A stretch of DNA of 64,000 bases, from positions 145,700,001 to 145,764,000 of the forward strand of contig OX597817.1 of NCBI GenBank assembly GCA_951406725.2, given 5' to 3'. Positions 1 through 13,723 of this stretch are shown one piece after another (the first letter of the stretch is position 1; every line of letters starts with the position of its first letter). The translations under genes were made by a program, and so were the position numbers. The notes beneath the pieces were generated by a model, which saw only the letters and a program-made list of their open reading frames with translations, was not told where the DNA came from and made no database searches. Source of the DNA: Octopus vulgaris. Taxonomy: Eukaryota.

Positions 1-660
1 TGACCTTGCTCTCATAGCAGAAGCACTACCAGAACTTAAGAAGAAATTTCATGTGTGGAAACAAGGTTTAGAATTGAAGGGCCTTAGAGTCAATGTTGCA
101 AAAACCAAAGCCCTAGTAAGTAGGAAGAAACTCCATAAGATGTACCCAGTGTAAGCTATGGACGCATAAGAGGTGCAGCAACATCAAAGGAAGGTTAACT
201 GGGAAGATAGCTTTTGTGTGCGGCAGATGCACAGGGGCAATAAACACTGCAGATGCTCAGAAAACTGATTCCATCACATGCCAGGGGAAGAAACTAGAGG
301 TGGTTGATAGCTTCTGCTACTTAGGTGACCAAGTCTGTAGTGGGGGGTGGGGATGCTCAGAGAGTGTTGCCACTAGAATAAGAATAGCCTGGGCAAAGTT
401 CAGAAAGCTTCTACCTCTACTGGTGACAGGGCCTCTCGCTCAGAGTGAAAGGTAGATTGTATGATGCATGTGTGCAAGCTGCCATGCTAGATGGCAGTGA
501 CTACTGAAGATATGCGTAGGCTTGAAAGAAATGAGGCTAGTATGATCTGCTGGATGTGTAATGTCAGTGTGCAAACATGACAGAATGTAAGAGCCCTGAG
601 AAAAAAGTTGGACATAAGAAGCATCAGATGTTGTGTGCAAGAGAGACAACTGCACTTGTA
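1..660 (+). mobile_element. RTE-clade LINE reverse transcriptase C-terminal fragment (degenerate)
   Basis: DLALIAE...GLRVNVAKTK, VDSFCYLG and RIRIAWAKFRKLLPLL, with frameshifts and stops. Confidence 0.85.
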
Positions 661-928
661 TGGTCTGGAAGGCTGCACTAGATTCCAGCCTGATTTAGCA
701 TGGTTTCTATGGCAGGATGCCCCTCCTAACACCAACCACTCCAAGAGTTTAATGGGTACTTTTACATGCCATTGGCACAGGTGCCATTTACGTGATGCTC
801 GGGTGCATTTACATGTCACTGGCATGGGTGCCAATTTGTGTGACACCAGTGTCTGCCACGACTGTGATTTTGCTCAGCTTGATGGTCTTCTTCTCAAGCA
901 CAACATAATGCCAAATGTCTTGGTCATT

Positions 929-1195
929 GCCTCCATGAGGCCCAAAACTCGAAAGGGACTCAGCCATTTTGCCTTGGTCAGATCCAATGCTTAAGCGGAA
1001 CTCAGCCACATTGCCTCTGCCAGGCCCAACTCTTGAGAGGAACTCAGCCACTTTGCCTCCATGAGGCCCAATATTTGAAAGGAACTCAGCCACCTTGTCT
1101 CCGTGAGGCCCAACACTCAAAAGGGACTCATCCACTTTGCCTCCTTCAGGCCCAACACTCGAGAGGAACCCAGTCACTTTGTCTTTGTGAGGCCC
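929..1195. repeat. ~39-bp minisatellite (about 7 diverged units) at an RTE ORF end
   Basis: Repeating GCCTCC.TGAGGCCCAACACTC.AAAGGAACTCAGCCACTT. It explains the 13-aa repeats in ORF 809..1177. Confidence 0.85.
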
Positions 1196-1292
1196 CTCTT
1201 TATATTACCATCCAAACAAGAACAGGTGTAAATAATAATAATAATAAGTACTGTAAATAGAAAGATTGTGAAATCATTGAAATTAAACTTAC

Positions 1293-1415
1293 AGCATAAA
1301 TATCTAGTCTACCTGAAGCTTGAGGAATGGGAGAAGGAATCCGTAAATCAACATATTGATCTTCTCTTTTTATTGGAGATGGTAAGTGGTATATATTGCC
1401 ATCTTTATTTACAGT
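1293..1415 (-). CDS. LIN37: LIN37 exon 6 (TVNKDGNIYHLPSP...LRIPSPIP...DIYA)
   Basis: ttttcag| ... |gtaag boundaries, 123 nt, phase 0. IYHLPSP and RIPSP match LIN37 VYKLPPP and RIPSP. The gene continues beyond the left edge. Confidence 0.9.
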
Positions 1416-3363
1416 CTGAAAAGAAAAGGAAAAATTAAAAGAAATGTTTCAATCGAAGAGATACCTAAAGATATATTACAAAACATTACAGTGTTTATAG
1501 ACTCTCTTGTACTTAGCAAAAGTTGACCCAGGTTTACTTCAGCAAGAATTCAAACGAAAACCACAGGATTTATATAAATTGCTGTACAGATTTTGATTGC
1601 ACAAGGAGGACACGTGTGTGCATTCAGATGCTCTACATCTTCCCATACTAAGCAAATTTTGTAACTGAAACACAGATGGAATTCAGTCTGAAGAACTCTT
1701 TTACTCGATAGTATTTTAACTTCTACCAGAAATGGAATTTTTGCAAAAATATCAAAGTAGCAACTAAAATACTCTATAAGGCATTTAATTGGTTCATTTT
1801 ATTTGATTAGTATATATCAATTAATAAATTACAAAAGAAAAGGAGTTAAGTGCTGCGATTTGCACTGACATAGCATGGACTGCTGAGCACATTTTATGAA
1901 AATGGGACTACCATGCACACATAAAAAACAAAAAAATAGTTAAAATATCTTCTTATTATATAATGGGTGCAAGTTTTACATCATCTGAAAAGTCATTAGT
2001 TGAACTATTATTCCTCTTGCATTCTGAGGGGTACTGGAGAGTTTGAGTGACATTAGACCCCAACAAACGCCCATAAATTAAATGCATCTACCTGGGCCAC
2101 GATTGTGGCCTGTCGACCTGTGCCTGACAGCCACAATCATGGCCAGTCGTGCTTTATGTGTTAAGATAAAGTGTATGTTTATTTCAGAAAGCATTTAAAT
2201 ATATAAAGTTGGTTACATTCAGAACCGTATGTATAAATAATGTAATATGGCTTGAGGGTGAGAAATCACACCCAGAGATATACAATTACATAAATGTATT
2301 CACATACACACATATATCTATGCATGCGTGCATACATACATACATATGCACTTGAGAAGAAGACCCATCAAGCCAAGTGAAATCATAGTCAGGTGACTGG
2401 TACCTGTGCCAGTGGCATGTGAAAGCACCCATTACACTCTCAGAGTGGTTGGCATTAAGCAGGGCATCCAATCGTAGAAACCATGCTAAATCAGAGTAGA
2501 GTCTGGTTTGCCAGCCCTAGTCAAACTGTCCAACCCATGCCAGCATAGATAACGAATATTAAATGATGATTGGCTGATGTCAGTGCCACCTGACTGGCTC
2601 CTGTGCTGGTGGCACGCAGAAAGCACCATTCATGCATGGGTCATTGCCAGTGTCATCTGACTGGCTCCCTGTGCTGGTGGCACATAAAAAGCACCATCCG
2701 AAATGTGGCCGATGCCAGTGCCGCCTGACTGGCTCCCGTACCGGTGGCACATAATGAGCACCCACTACACTCTCGGAGTGGTTGGCATTAGGAAGGGCAT
2801 CCAGCCGGAGAAACATTACCAGATCAGATTGGAGCCTAGTGCAGCCTACCGGCTCGCCAGTCCCCAGGCAAACCGTCCAACCCATGCCAGCATGGAAAAT
2901 GGACGTTAAACGATGATGATGATGATATATATATATAGGCATAGGCATAGGCATGACCTGTGAGGTTAATAAGCTCACTTTGCAACTATGGGCAAGTGTC
3001 TTCTACTAAAGCCCCAGGCCGACCAATGCCTTGTTTTGTTTTAGTGTACACTGTACTGCAGAAGATATCTATAGACTTTTAGGTAACAATGTATGTATTT
3101 ACAAATGTAAGCACTAAACACTTTATATACAATAGAATTGTAGACAGTGTTGGCTAAAAGGAAAAAGCCTAGCTACTATATTCTGTAGGAGAGTAAAATC
3201 TTCAAAGACAACCCTGTTACTGTACCAGTAATGCATTAATACCCACTCATACTGGTGTCTACTTGCACAAAAAGTAACCAACCAACTTTCCAGTCATAAG
3301 AAAGAAATTAGTATAAAGCAAGTTAATAATATAAAGCAAGTTAATAACAAAATATACAATTAC

Positions 3364-3533
3364 ATCTTCATCAGTTTGTGCATCTGACTCAGGACTAGAA
3401 GAGCGATTTTGGTTATTTAGGTTGTTGTGAGGTTGATTTTTAATCCAAGAACGGCAAATCGGATAGAGAGGTGTATTTTCATTGAATTGAGCCAGGTCTA
3501 CACTCCGATCAAATAATTTCATCACATGAGTAT
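3364..3533 (-). CDS. LIN37: LIN37 exon 5, conserved core ([32 protein letters not shown])
   Basis: Near-identical to the LIN37 signature [29 protein letters not shown]. Bounded by cag| and |gtaatt, in phase. Confidence 0.95.
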
Positions 3534-4724
3534 CTGAAGGCAATAAATGAATAAACAGAAGATTAACATAGGAAAACACACACAGTTTATATAAAAACAT
3601 AGAATGAGGTTTATTTTGACATATATAAAGTACAGTCATCGCTCATTTGTGAGCGAGAATGGATTGATAACATGTACCATGCTTTCACTGTTTTAGGGTG
3701 CCTACATAGTTGTGAGCAAACACAGAGACCTTCTTAACTCCCTAATGGAAAATCCAGGGTATGACAAATGGAGAGAGAGAAGGCTGTACCAACACTTAGC
3801 TGAGTAGACTGGTGTAACATGAAATGAAGAGTCTTGCTCAAGGATACAACACATCACCTGGAACTGAAGCTATGATGTTACGATTATGAGCCAAACAGCC
3901 CTAACTACTAGGTTAAACTACCATAGAGGGTGAATAGTTGAAGTGGTGGATAACAAATCAATATTTTGCCAAAATCAATTCTATTATTTTAATTTTTTTT
4001 AATAAAAAACTTTCTACATTGATATCATATTTAATTATTGTAAAACACCCTTTGGTAGATTCAAATATGAATATGCTGATTGCTGTTGTGTTTCGTCATC
4101 AGAGAACATCTCCTCCTTTTAGACAACATCTGTTCATAGCATGTGATTCATTGACATAAGGGGACTCTGAGTCACCAAGGTATTTTGACCTTATTTTGTG
4201 TCTCTTCAGTCAGAGCTAACTCATTAGACCAATGAATCTTAAGAGTCCTGGCCAGGACTCTTGTTTATAGAAATCTGCAAATTATTTGCTGATGTCTGCC
4301 AAACCGATAATAATTCATGAAGTGCATGCTAAACAATGATACTCATTTACAACTGTCACGTGACATCAGAGCAGGACAATTTTCATGTTAGGAACTCTTG
4401 AAAATGGAATACAATATTGTTGTTTAACCTAAGGTCAGCTATGACTGAGCAACCATTCTGTCCTGTTTGTATATCAAGGACTAAAATACTGTCCAACATA
4501 ACCTTCTTTTTTATGATAGCAGGGTACGATTTGAAGGAGCTATTAGACTGTTATTTCTAGCAATTTGAGTAACCATGCAATGCACAGTGGTGGTAGTGGT
4601 GGTGATAGTAGTAGTAGTAGTACTACTACTACTTCCACCACCACCACCACCACCACCACCACTACTACTACTACAGCTGCTGCCATTTATTCGGTGAATG
4701 TAAAATTCAAGCATCAAAACTTAC

Positions 4725-4831
4725 GGTGATACTGTCCAATGTCTGACCCTGCTGAATCTTCTTTTCTTTTACGTTTCCGACTGACTTTGGATAAACTTGA
4801 TTTCCGTGGTGATTGTTGTGGTGATGGCAAT
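4725..4831 (-). CDS. LIN37: LIN37 exon 4 (LPSPQQSPRKSSLSKVSRKRKRKEDSAGSDIGQYH)
   Basis: ttgcag| ... |gtaag boundaries, in phase. The basic RKRKRK patch matches the position of LIN37 RRKKRR. Confidence 0.85.
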
Positions 4832-5766
4832 CTGCAAAGGGAGAGATCACAATATTTCAAAAACATAAACGAAGAAATTGTCCTGGGCAAGTCATGAGGT
4901 GGTGAGGCTCCAGCTTGGGAATTCAGGAATTTTGGGGACTGTGGAGTTACCCCTTAGATACCACTATTCCCAGACCAGGATTATATGACTTGTGAAGGGC
5001 CTCAGTGATGAGACTGATAGCAGAAGGTGGCTCTCTTCTATGGCTAAAGTGCAGAGGATTTGGAGATGGACAGGCCCCTAGGCATATACTCCACAGGACC
5101 ACCAGAGTGCAGATATGCCCTGATGTAACACAAACCAATTCTCTGCCTTCAAATTAAATAGACCTTATTCCCTCGGGGATAAGCTCAGGAGAGTGGGAAA
5201 CCAGCTGGAGACTTCTGTTGATTAAACTAACTTGCACCTGTACCGGTGGCACGTAAAAAGCACCAACCAATCATGGCCGTTGCCAGCCTCCCCTGGCACC
5301 TGTGCCAGTGGTACGTAAAAAGCACCCACTACACTCACGGAGTGGTTGGCGTTAGGAAAGGCATCCAGCTGTAGAAACACTGCCAGATCAGACTGGAGCC
5401 TGGTGCAGCCTCCTGGCTTCCCAGACCCCAGTCAAACCATCCAACTGATGCTAGCATGGAAAACAGACGTTAAACGATGATGATGATGATGATGATGATG
5501 AAAACGATGGGAAATCACTGCTGTATTTATCCCAAGAAGGAAGAAGTTGTTTGATAAGTAATAGGTGTTTCTCCCAACCTGAATCCTAAATTTCCCTAAA
5601 TTTTAACTCAGTGGTTCTCAACTGAGCTCAATTTAAGATTTTGTCATTAAAATTTATGTACAGTAGATTGCTTATACTTCAACAATACACAAAATATTTT
5701 AATTTCTTTTTCTACAATTCCTAATAATTTAATTCTAAAAATATAATGGGATGTTTTTAAACATAT

Positions 5767-6158
5767 AGGAGCAGGAGTGGCTGTGTGGTAAGTAGCTTGC
5801 TTACCAACCACATGGTTCCGGGTTCACTCCCACTGCATGGCACCTTGGGCAAGTGTCTTCTACTATAGCCTCGGGCCAACCAAAGCCTTGTGAGTGGATT
5901 TGGTAGACAGAAACTGAAAGAAGCCCATCGTATATATGTATACATATGTGTGTGTGTGTATGTGTTTGTCCCCCAACATCGCTTGACAACCGATGCTGGT
6001 GTGTTTACGTCCCCATAACTTAGCAGTTCGAGAAAAGAGACCGATAGAATAAATACTAGGCTTACAAAGAATAAGTCCTGGGGTCGATTTGCTCGACTAA
6101 AGGTTGCTCCAGCATGGCTGTAGTCAAATGACTGAAACTAGTAAAATAGTAAAGAGAG
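5767..6158 (+). mobile_element. tRNA-derived SINE family 1 (representative copy)
   Basis: Head GCAGGAGTGGCTGTGTGGTAAG...GGTTCA.TCCC with A/B boxes and a CCTTGGGCAAGT core. Other copies at ~25913, 28128, 42140 and 57560 (+) and 16380-17045 (-). Confidence 0.85.
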
Positions 6159-6287
6159 TATCAAATTGTTATGAGGGTCCACTTAAATAAAATAAAAAAA
6201 GGGAACCAAAGGAGTCATCGGTAACAAAATGGTTGAGAACCACTGGTTTGAATTATTGGAACACATGAAATAAAAGAGAATAATTAC

Positions 6288-6341
6288 CGCTGAGGTGGTT
6301 CAGGCTGAGTGTTAACACAGTCAGGTTCACAAGAAGCTGGG
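6288..6341 (-). CDS. LIN37: LIN37 exon 3 (SPASCEPDCVNTQPEPPQR)
   Basis: ttgcag| ... |gtaatt boundaries, 54 nt, phase 2-2, no stops. Low-conservation linker. Confidence 0.65.
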
Positions 6342-6547
6342 CTGCAATGACAGTAACAAAGATAGATATATTTAATATGTAGCTTTCATTTTATGTTCAA
6401 GCATCAGGTTTACACAGCAGAACGTAAGAGATTTGTAAATGTTCTACAGCATGAGGCGCTCGGGATTGCAAAGCAGTGTATCAGAGAGAATAGAGATGTG
6501 GTGGATGAGAAATGTGTGCAAATGGATAACGGTATGCATGCACTTAA

Positions 6548-6757
6548 GGCGGCGAGCTGGCAGAAACGTTAGCATGCCGGGCGAAATGCTTAGCAGTATT
6601 TTGTCTGCCGCTACATTCTGAGTTCAAATTCCGCCAAGGTCGACTTTGCCTTTCATCCTTTCGGGGTTGATAAATTAAGTACCAGTTTTGCACTGGGGTC
6701 GATGTAATCGACTTAATCCGTTTGTCCCCTCTGTGGGTAGTAAAGAAATAGAAATAG
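6548..6757 (+). mobile_element. tRNA-derived SINE family 2 (Meta-domain-like; representative copy)
   Basis: GAGCTGGCAGAA...GAGTTCAAATTCC then GCCTTTCATCCTTTCGGGG.TGATAAATTAAGTACCAG. Other copies at ~7243(-), 9736, 20523, 31328, 31928, 36894(-), 55810, 57050 and 59020. Confidence 0.85.
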
Positions 6758-6764
6758 GTATGCA

Positions 6765-7495
6765 TGCACTCAGTGACTCAGAGAATAAAGAGGCATGGAA
6801 GTGTCACTATGAAAGGTTACTAAATGTAGAAAATGCATGGAAGAAGGAGAGTCTTTTAAAAATAGAACCAATTGAAGGACCAGTCATCAGGGTTGATAGC
6901 AGCATGATAGATAAGGCAATTCAGGATATGAAGACAGGGAAAGCCCCAGACCATCAAGAATGACTACTGAGATGATTAAAATATCCAGCAGTGTAGGATA
7001 CAGCCTAGTCACCCATATAGTTAATCAGGTTATTCAGGAAGGCGCCATCCCCAATGACTGATGTAGTAGTATTATAGTTAGATACTACAAGGGTTAAAGG
7101 TGATGCCTTAGATAGAAACAACTACAGAGATATCAAACTACTAGGCCAAGTCTTGAAAGTTACAGAGAGAATTATAGCTCAGTTAATTGGAAATAGAATT
7201 AAAGTAGATGAGATGCAGTTTGGTTTTGTACCTGGGAAGGGTACCTATTTCTTTACTACCCACAAGGGGCTAAACACAGAGGGGACAAACAAGGACAGAC
7301 AAACGGATTAAGTTGATTATATCAACTCCAGTGCGTAACTGGTACTTATTTAATCGAGGATGAAAGGCAAAGTTGACCTTGGCGGAATTTGAACTCAGAA
7401 CGTAGCGGCAGACGAAATACCGCTAAGCAATTTGTCCGGCATGCTAACGTTTCTGCCAGCTCACCACCACAGACGCCATCTTCCTGGTGAGAGAC
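6765..7495 (+). mobile_element. RTE LINE RT fragment interrupted by a SINE
   Basis: WKCHYERLLNVEN, MKTGKAP, KGDALDRNNYR, DEMQFGFVPG; reading resumes as TDAIFLVR after the SINE at ~7243-7468. Confidence 0.85.
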
Positions 7496-8333
7496 AGCTT
7501 TATGTCAGGTGATGAGAGGTTAAAGTATGGCAGAGGGACAAGAACAGGTGTCTTACTGTAGAGTAGATACATGGTTACCACAGTTGGGAAAAAAAGAGGA
7601 TGATGGTGAAGATGGACCTTTCATTTAGGTTGTCACTCTTAATGTCAGCTCAATGGTAGCTAAGTCTAACAAAATTGTTGAGATATTAGAGCAGAGCAGA
7701 TGTGTGAGATATAAGATGGAGAGCCATTCAAGCGTGATTGTTACCAACATCGCCTTACTGGCACCTGTGCCAGTGGCATGTGTAAAAAGATTCGAGCGAG
7801 GTCATTGCCAGTACCGCCTGACTGCTGACTGGCCCCGTGCCAGTGGCACGTAAAAAGCACCCACTACACTCACGGAGTGGTTGGCGTTAGGAAGGGCATC
7901 CAGCTGTAGAAACTCTGCCAGATCAAGATTAGAGCCTGGTGCCGCCATCTGGTTCGCCAGCCCACAGTCAAATCGTCCAACCCATGTTAGCATGGAAAGC
8001 GGACGTTAAACGATGATGATGATGAGTCACTAATGGATCCCAACTAACCTTGCAGAATCCATCTACCTTCAGCTCTTCAACCAAGATGGCTCTACAAGAA
8101 GTGGTCTTGGGAATATTGATACTAAATATGGCTGTGTGGTAAATGAGTTCACTTTACAACAATGTCATTTTAGCTTGAGTCCCACTGCATGACACCTTGG
8201 ACAAGTGTCTTCTACTCTAGCCACAAGCTGACCAAAGCTTGGTAAAGTGTCAAGTGAAAGGAACCCATTGTACATGTATCGCCTGAAAGAAGCTCAAAAT
8301 AAAATATTTTTAAAAACAATTAAATATATTTAC

Positions 8334-8409
8334 CTTTCTTTCTTCTCGATTAAATTCTGGAGCTTAGACTCTAAACGTTGTCGGGCTAATTTCACATCAA
8401 TAGTCCCTC
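8334..8409 (-). CDS. LIN37: LIN37 exon 2 (RGTIDVKLARQRLESKLQNLIEKKE)
   Basis: ttttcag| ... |gtaaat boundaries. Resembles the LIN37 N-terminal helix (human EMAKARNQLDAVLQCLLEK, from memory). Confidence 0.85.
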
Positions 8410-11400
8410 CTGAAAAAAAACATTATCATTAATTTCATGTTAATTTCTCAAGAGGGAGAGAGAGCAAGTACCTATATATATATATATATAAAATAGTAAA
8501 AAGTGAAAAAACTACAGAAGGCTTGTTTTAAAAGGTTAAAAAATATATATTTGAGTCAATATGTCTGAAGAATGTTATCAATTTTTTTCTTACAATGACA
8601 TAGTTTAGAAGAAATGATCGGTTTCGCGTTCAGCTTTTCAAATTTCTTACATCGTTATGTTTATGTTGAGAAACCAACTTTCTCATCTATATATATATAT
8701 ATATATACACACATACATATATATGTATGTATGCATGTTGGGTACTATGTTTGTTTTAACTTCTATTTTATAATCAGATGAGATTTTAGTAACATCAGTT
8801 TCAAATCCAATGTGCTCTGAGTTCACATTCTGCCAACTCTTTTAGAGTTGATACACAAGAATACCAATCTAAGGTGGCACAATGGTTGAGTGGATGCCTT
8901 GCAGTATTTGTTCCAACTCTTTGCATTCTGAGTTGAAATCCTACCATGGTTGACTTACTTGGGTGGTAGACTGAACCCTATGACACTGTATTCCTGCTAT
9001 ACTAAGAATAGGTTAAACATCATCTCTGCTGGATTCTCAGTAAAGCAGTAATGGACAACACACATAGATAAAGAAGATGCAGTTGTTTCTGTCCATTAGT
9101 TTGCCTGCAATAGTTACTCTTCAGCTGTATATGCAACTGTTTTTTTGCTCAGGAGCCCAGGTGGAAGGTAAAGTCAGACACAGGGGTCCGGGTCTGAAAG
9201 GGTCAATTTACTGCCCCTAGCAGAGTCCACTTTGTTGAAAGTATTCAGGTCAAGCTTCTGGTTTGAGGATACCTGCCACTCATCACTCTTGGAGGTTGTG
9301 GGCATTATTTTACCGCTTGACCAAAAGATAAAATAGAGATTTACACAAAATATCAAGAAATTTCATCTCTTCATAGTGTACAAATTTACCTAAACTTATG
9401 ACATTTCCTAGAAACATTTTGTCATGCTTCTACCTGTCAACAGGTGCAACTTCTACATTGCAGGTGAGTGATCAGCAATAGGAAGGGAATCCAGCTGTAA
9501 AAAAATAGTTCAGCAACAAGTGTTTCTAGTAATGAATAGACTATAGATTAATACTCAGGCATATACAAGGTTCAAAACAAGTCTACAAGGGAATATCTAC
9601 GTGGTTACTCAAGCTGCTAGAAATAGCAACCAAATCTCCCCACCACCACCACCGCCACCACACCATGCAGTCTCAAAGCAAGAAGGTGAAGAGTACATTA
9701 GATAATATACTCTTAGATACACTATTCATGAATACAGGTTGCGAGCTGGCAGAAACGTTAGCATGCTGGGCGAAATGCTTCGTGGTATTTCAGCTGCTGC
9801 TACATTCTGAGTTCAAATTCCACCGAGGTCAACTTTGCTTTTCATCCTTTTGGGGTCGATTAAATAAATACCAGTTATGCATTGGGGTCGATATAATCAA
9901 CTTAATCCGTTTGTATGTCCTTGTTTGTCCCCTCTATGCGTTTCGTCTTGTGGGTAGTAAAGAAACAAGATACATTATTCATGAAAACAAGATGAGCTGG
10001 TCATGAATGGAAAGCCTTTGCTCATAGGTCTGCTCAATCAGAGCAATGGCTAACAAGAGTTTATTACAATATGCCATAAGCCAGAAAAAGGACATCATGG
10101 CATGAATATAGCTCTGCTCCCTAAGTGCTGTTATGCAAAGCTCGAATTTGTTTTCACTTGTCAGGCAAAGTGAAAGCACTTTTTGTGCAACACACATGGA
10201 AATTCAACAGCAACTGGTTTGGCTCTTGATGAGGTAAACAATTTTTCTATTTCTTTTTATGATGGCTATGCAACTGATACTGATAGGGTCATCATCATTT
10301 TACAGTCATTTTCCATACTGGCATGGGGTAGACAATTTGACAGGATCCAAAAGGTTGGACGACCACATCTTGCTCGGTCTCAAGTTTGGGTATGGGTTCT
10401 ATGGCTGGATGCCTTCCCTAACACTAGCCACTTCACAGAGTTTACTGGCTGCATTTTTTTCTTTTGTCATCAGTGCTACAGGGTGTCTTGCTCTCAGCAA
10501 GATTAAAGAGTCCTCTCAAGTCCTGCACTGTTGCTGTTTGATTCAATTTATCATCCACTAAGAGTATATTGGGTGCTTTTTTTTTTGTGGCACCAACACT
10601 GGTGGGTGGTGAGGGTCACCTTGAAGCTTGCAAAGCAAAAAAAAAAGTTAGCCCATGATGGATGAAACAGATTTATTAGAGAGGATGCTAGAAAATAATA
10701 ATAAAGGGAATGGTGTTGAGGGAGGGAGTAATGGGTGAGACAGGGGAGAAGGAAAGAAAGAATAATGTCAAGGATTAGGGTGAAGCAGAAGTGCTAACTG
10801 ACCCACCTCATCACTAGGTAGGCCCAGTGATGAGGTGGATCAGTTAGCTTGTCATAACTGCAAGGGTTGTCCAGTTCAGGTTCATCAGGGTTCCAGGTCA
10901 GTTCTTATTGGAGTTATACAAGTTTATTGAGAGAGGGCAGTCAAGGAGAGAACAACAGAGATACTGATAAGGATGGTGGAGGAGTCTATGGATCTCATGA
11001 TTCCTGCAGTCAATTAAAAATACTGACAGGAAGGAAGCAGAAAGTCAGATGTGGTGTTGAGGCCAACCTTGTAAGAAAGATGTTTGGGTAAGCAACATAA
11101 CAAGTGAATATCTCACCAGAATAAGAACTCATAGAATATCAGGCACAGGGAATTTCATTCTCTGTGGAACAAAATTTACTAGTTGTTGATGTGTTTTCAG
11201 ATACTTGCAAACCCCTCTGCTAAACATCAGTCCTGTTTGATGATGAAAAGCAAGTAAAACTCTTAGGCATAGTTTCCTTGGGAACCTGCTGAGCGGAAGA
11301 AGTAATCATGGAAAATATTTTAGAAAACAAAAATTCCACCAAGATAATATCTCTTCTGAAATCAGTGGCAATGTCGTAATTCTATCACCTACTAATTTTA

Positions 11401-13089
11401 ATCATTAAAACTGAAATGACAGTGGATTATCATGGCTATGGAGGGCATGTGTTTTTGGAATATACCCTGATAATATGGACCAGTTACTGAGCACAATATA
11501 ACTGGTAAACGAAGCAAGTATTGAACACCTTCCCTACTGTATTAAAATAGCAACTGAAGAATGGTCAACATGTAAATATAACTGATGATGATGTGAATAT
11601 AAGATTGATCACAAGAAAGGTGACAGGTCAAATAGAAGAAACCAAGATCAAGGTATCTAAATTTCATAAACCAAAAGTTATGCGTAGATTTGTTGAAAGT
11701 TCACGAATTGTATTGGAACGAAATAATATCAAATCTATATGATCTGCTTTAATTAGATATAAAAGATTTTGGTTGGAGAATTGATCACATCCATAAAAGG
11801 TTATGTAATATGGAATGGGCTTGCGATTCGTGAAAGGGAGCGTGCACGTAAAACTGGGTACACAACTTCTAGCAGATGTAGGTTATTTACTGTTTGTAAC
11901 TAAATTCAATGTCGGTACTGGATTTTTAAAAGACATCTGAGCAATAATTTGCGAATTGCAGAGAGAAGCAGAGAATGTGAAAGAAAGGATTTGAGATCGA
12001 AGATCTAAGTGTAAAACAGCTACAAGAATAATGCCTCTTATAATATCAAAATAGGAAATTAATAAAAATGCGATTACTAATAACCTACATTCATGTTGAA
12101 ATCATAAAGCTATGGATCTTCCCATATCTTTGAAATAGTAATGATTTATAATCACAATCGATTACAATATATGAATCAAAAGTTAGACAACGAAGCGTAC
12201 TACTTTCTACCTTAAGGTTATAGATAGACGTTAATGGTTAAACTTTCTCTATTGAGGTCAATGTTACAGGTGTGCCATCTGGAATACTTGGACACTACAA
12301 CGACCAATGTTGGCATTATTTTCATCCATACAAAATATGCGACGTATCATTTATTAAACACTATCTGGAAAACCTCATTGAGAAACATCGCATATATTTA
12401 GGAAGAAACCAATGCCTTTTAATTGATCCATTTCAATCTGACAATCATGTGAACCTTAATTTCCCTTAATTTAGATCTCCCTTATTGATCGGTGGTTTGG
12501 GGTTAATAAAGAGAAATGAGAAGTGACAAATAATGATTTTTTTTTAATAATGCAAGACTATTTCTCTATACCGTATGTTGGAATGGTTTTGCGATTCTTA
12601 GATTTTTTTTTAGTATCGGTTAAATATTTACAACAACAATGTAGAAAGCATGCTTGTAAAGGAACTATTATTCTTTTAAATAAATATATACTCAGGTTAG
12701 TTCGATGTCTGATATATATTGAATAAATCCGTGATTTTATTGAGTGATCATTTATTAAAATGTGATATTTGTAAACATGTTAAAATGTTGTTGGAGGTAA
12801 ACTTCTTGTGTAGCAAAGCTGCGACGCGGTTTCGATCCTCGGTTGTAGCCATTTCACCTCAATTACGTACCTAGTGTTCTTCGGAAAGGAATGAATGTTA
12901 CACATTCGCAATCCCTTTATAAATCTGAGCTCGTATACCGATGTAAAAGGACAAATATAAACGAAAAACATAAAGACAACACCATTTATAAGGTTAGTGT
13001 GCGCTCAAAGGAAAACTGTGTTAATGAAAACAATGAATAAAAATTTAAACTGAATTAATTTAAACCGAACGAGAAAGAAATGTAATTAC

Positions 13090-13102
13090 TTTTGGAAGAC
13101 AT
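13090..13102 (-). CDS. LIN37: LIN37 putative first coding exon (MSSK)
   Basis: Minus strand reads AAA ATG TCT TCC AAA A|gtaatt. Phase 1 joins exon 2 in frame. It lies in a CpG-richer region next to CCAAT and YY1-like motifs. The exon is short, so assignment rests on phase and context. Confidence 0.65.
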
Positions 13103-13199
13103 TTTGCAATAGTTGTCGATGTAATTTCATTCAATTAGTTCATATATTCTATTTTGCTAATAAACGTCTCTCCGTCGCATTACACAACTTACAAACTGT

Positions 13200-13260
13200 A
13201 TAGGCCGCCATTACCACTTAGGAAGACGTCATTGTTACGGCGTTTCTCATTGGCTAATTC
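13200..13260 (-). promoter_or_regulatory. Putative LIN37 core promoter (YY1-like AATGGCGGC and NF-Y CCAAT box TAGCCAATG)
   Basis: Both motifs read on the minus strand 100-150 bp upstream of the putative ATG, in locally CpG-retaining DNA. Confidence 0.45.
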
Positions 13261-13723
13261 CATCCCTCCCTCACCTTCCTCTTTACTAATCATATCCGTG
13301 TTGGGTATTTACGAGAGATCCCCTATATGGCTGCTCGACCTGCTAGAAATAGCAGCAGAAAATATCTCCCTCAAATCAGCTGTTGTCTTATGAGAACACA
13401 TTGGATAATGTAATTCTAGGTGTACATAAAGACGGGTTACGGTTACGGTTGGAATGCGTTTCATCATAGGTCTGCCCCATCAGGGCCGACCTGAAGCTAA
13501 ACATCTCGGGTAAACGAACGAACGAAAGCGCCTCTTTATGGTCAATCGATCTGTTAGAAATAATAGTAAAATCTTACTCAACTCGCAACAAACTATCTTT
13601 GAAAAAAGAAGGGTGCATTGAACAAGGTAGTCCTACTTGAGAAAAGTGGTCCCGGTGAGCGCACTCGCGTACTCGCGCAACCACACTAGCTAGTCATGAC
13701 TAGTCGATCCTTACTTTGTGTTG

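Noticed and set aside
809-1177. 122-aa protein with 13-aa repeats
   Set aside because: A 39-bp minisatellite fused to a decayed RTE ORF end inside a LIN37 intron.
5757-5989. Recurrent small ORFs such as LLSVSVYQIHSQGFG...NPEPCGW and LDALPNANHS
   Set aside because: Translations of multicopy SINE and LINE-tail sequence, not a gene family.
11200-12300. Possible coding remnant in LIN37 intron 1
   Set aside because: Stops in all frames and no motif I can assign confidently; perhaps an old LINE.
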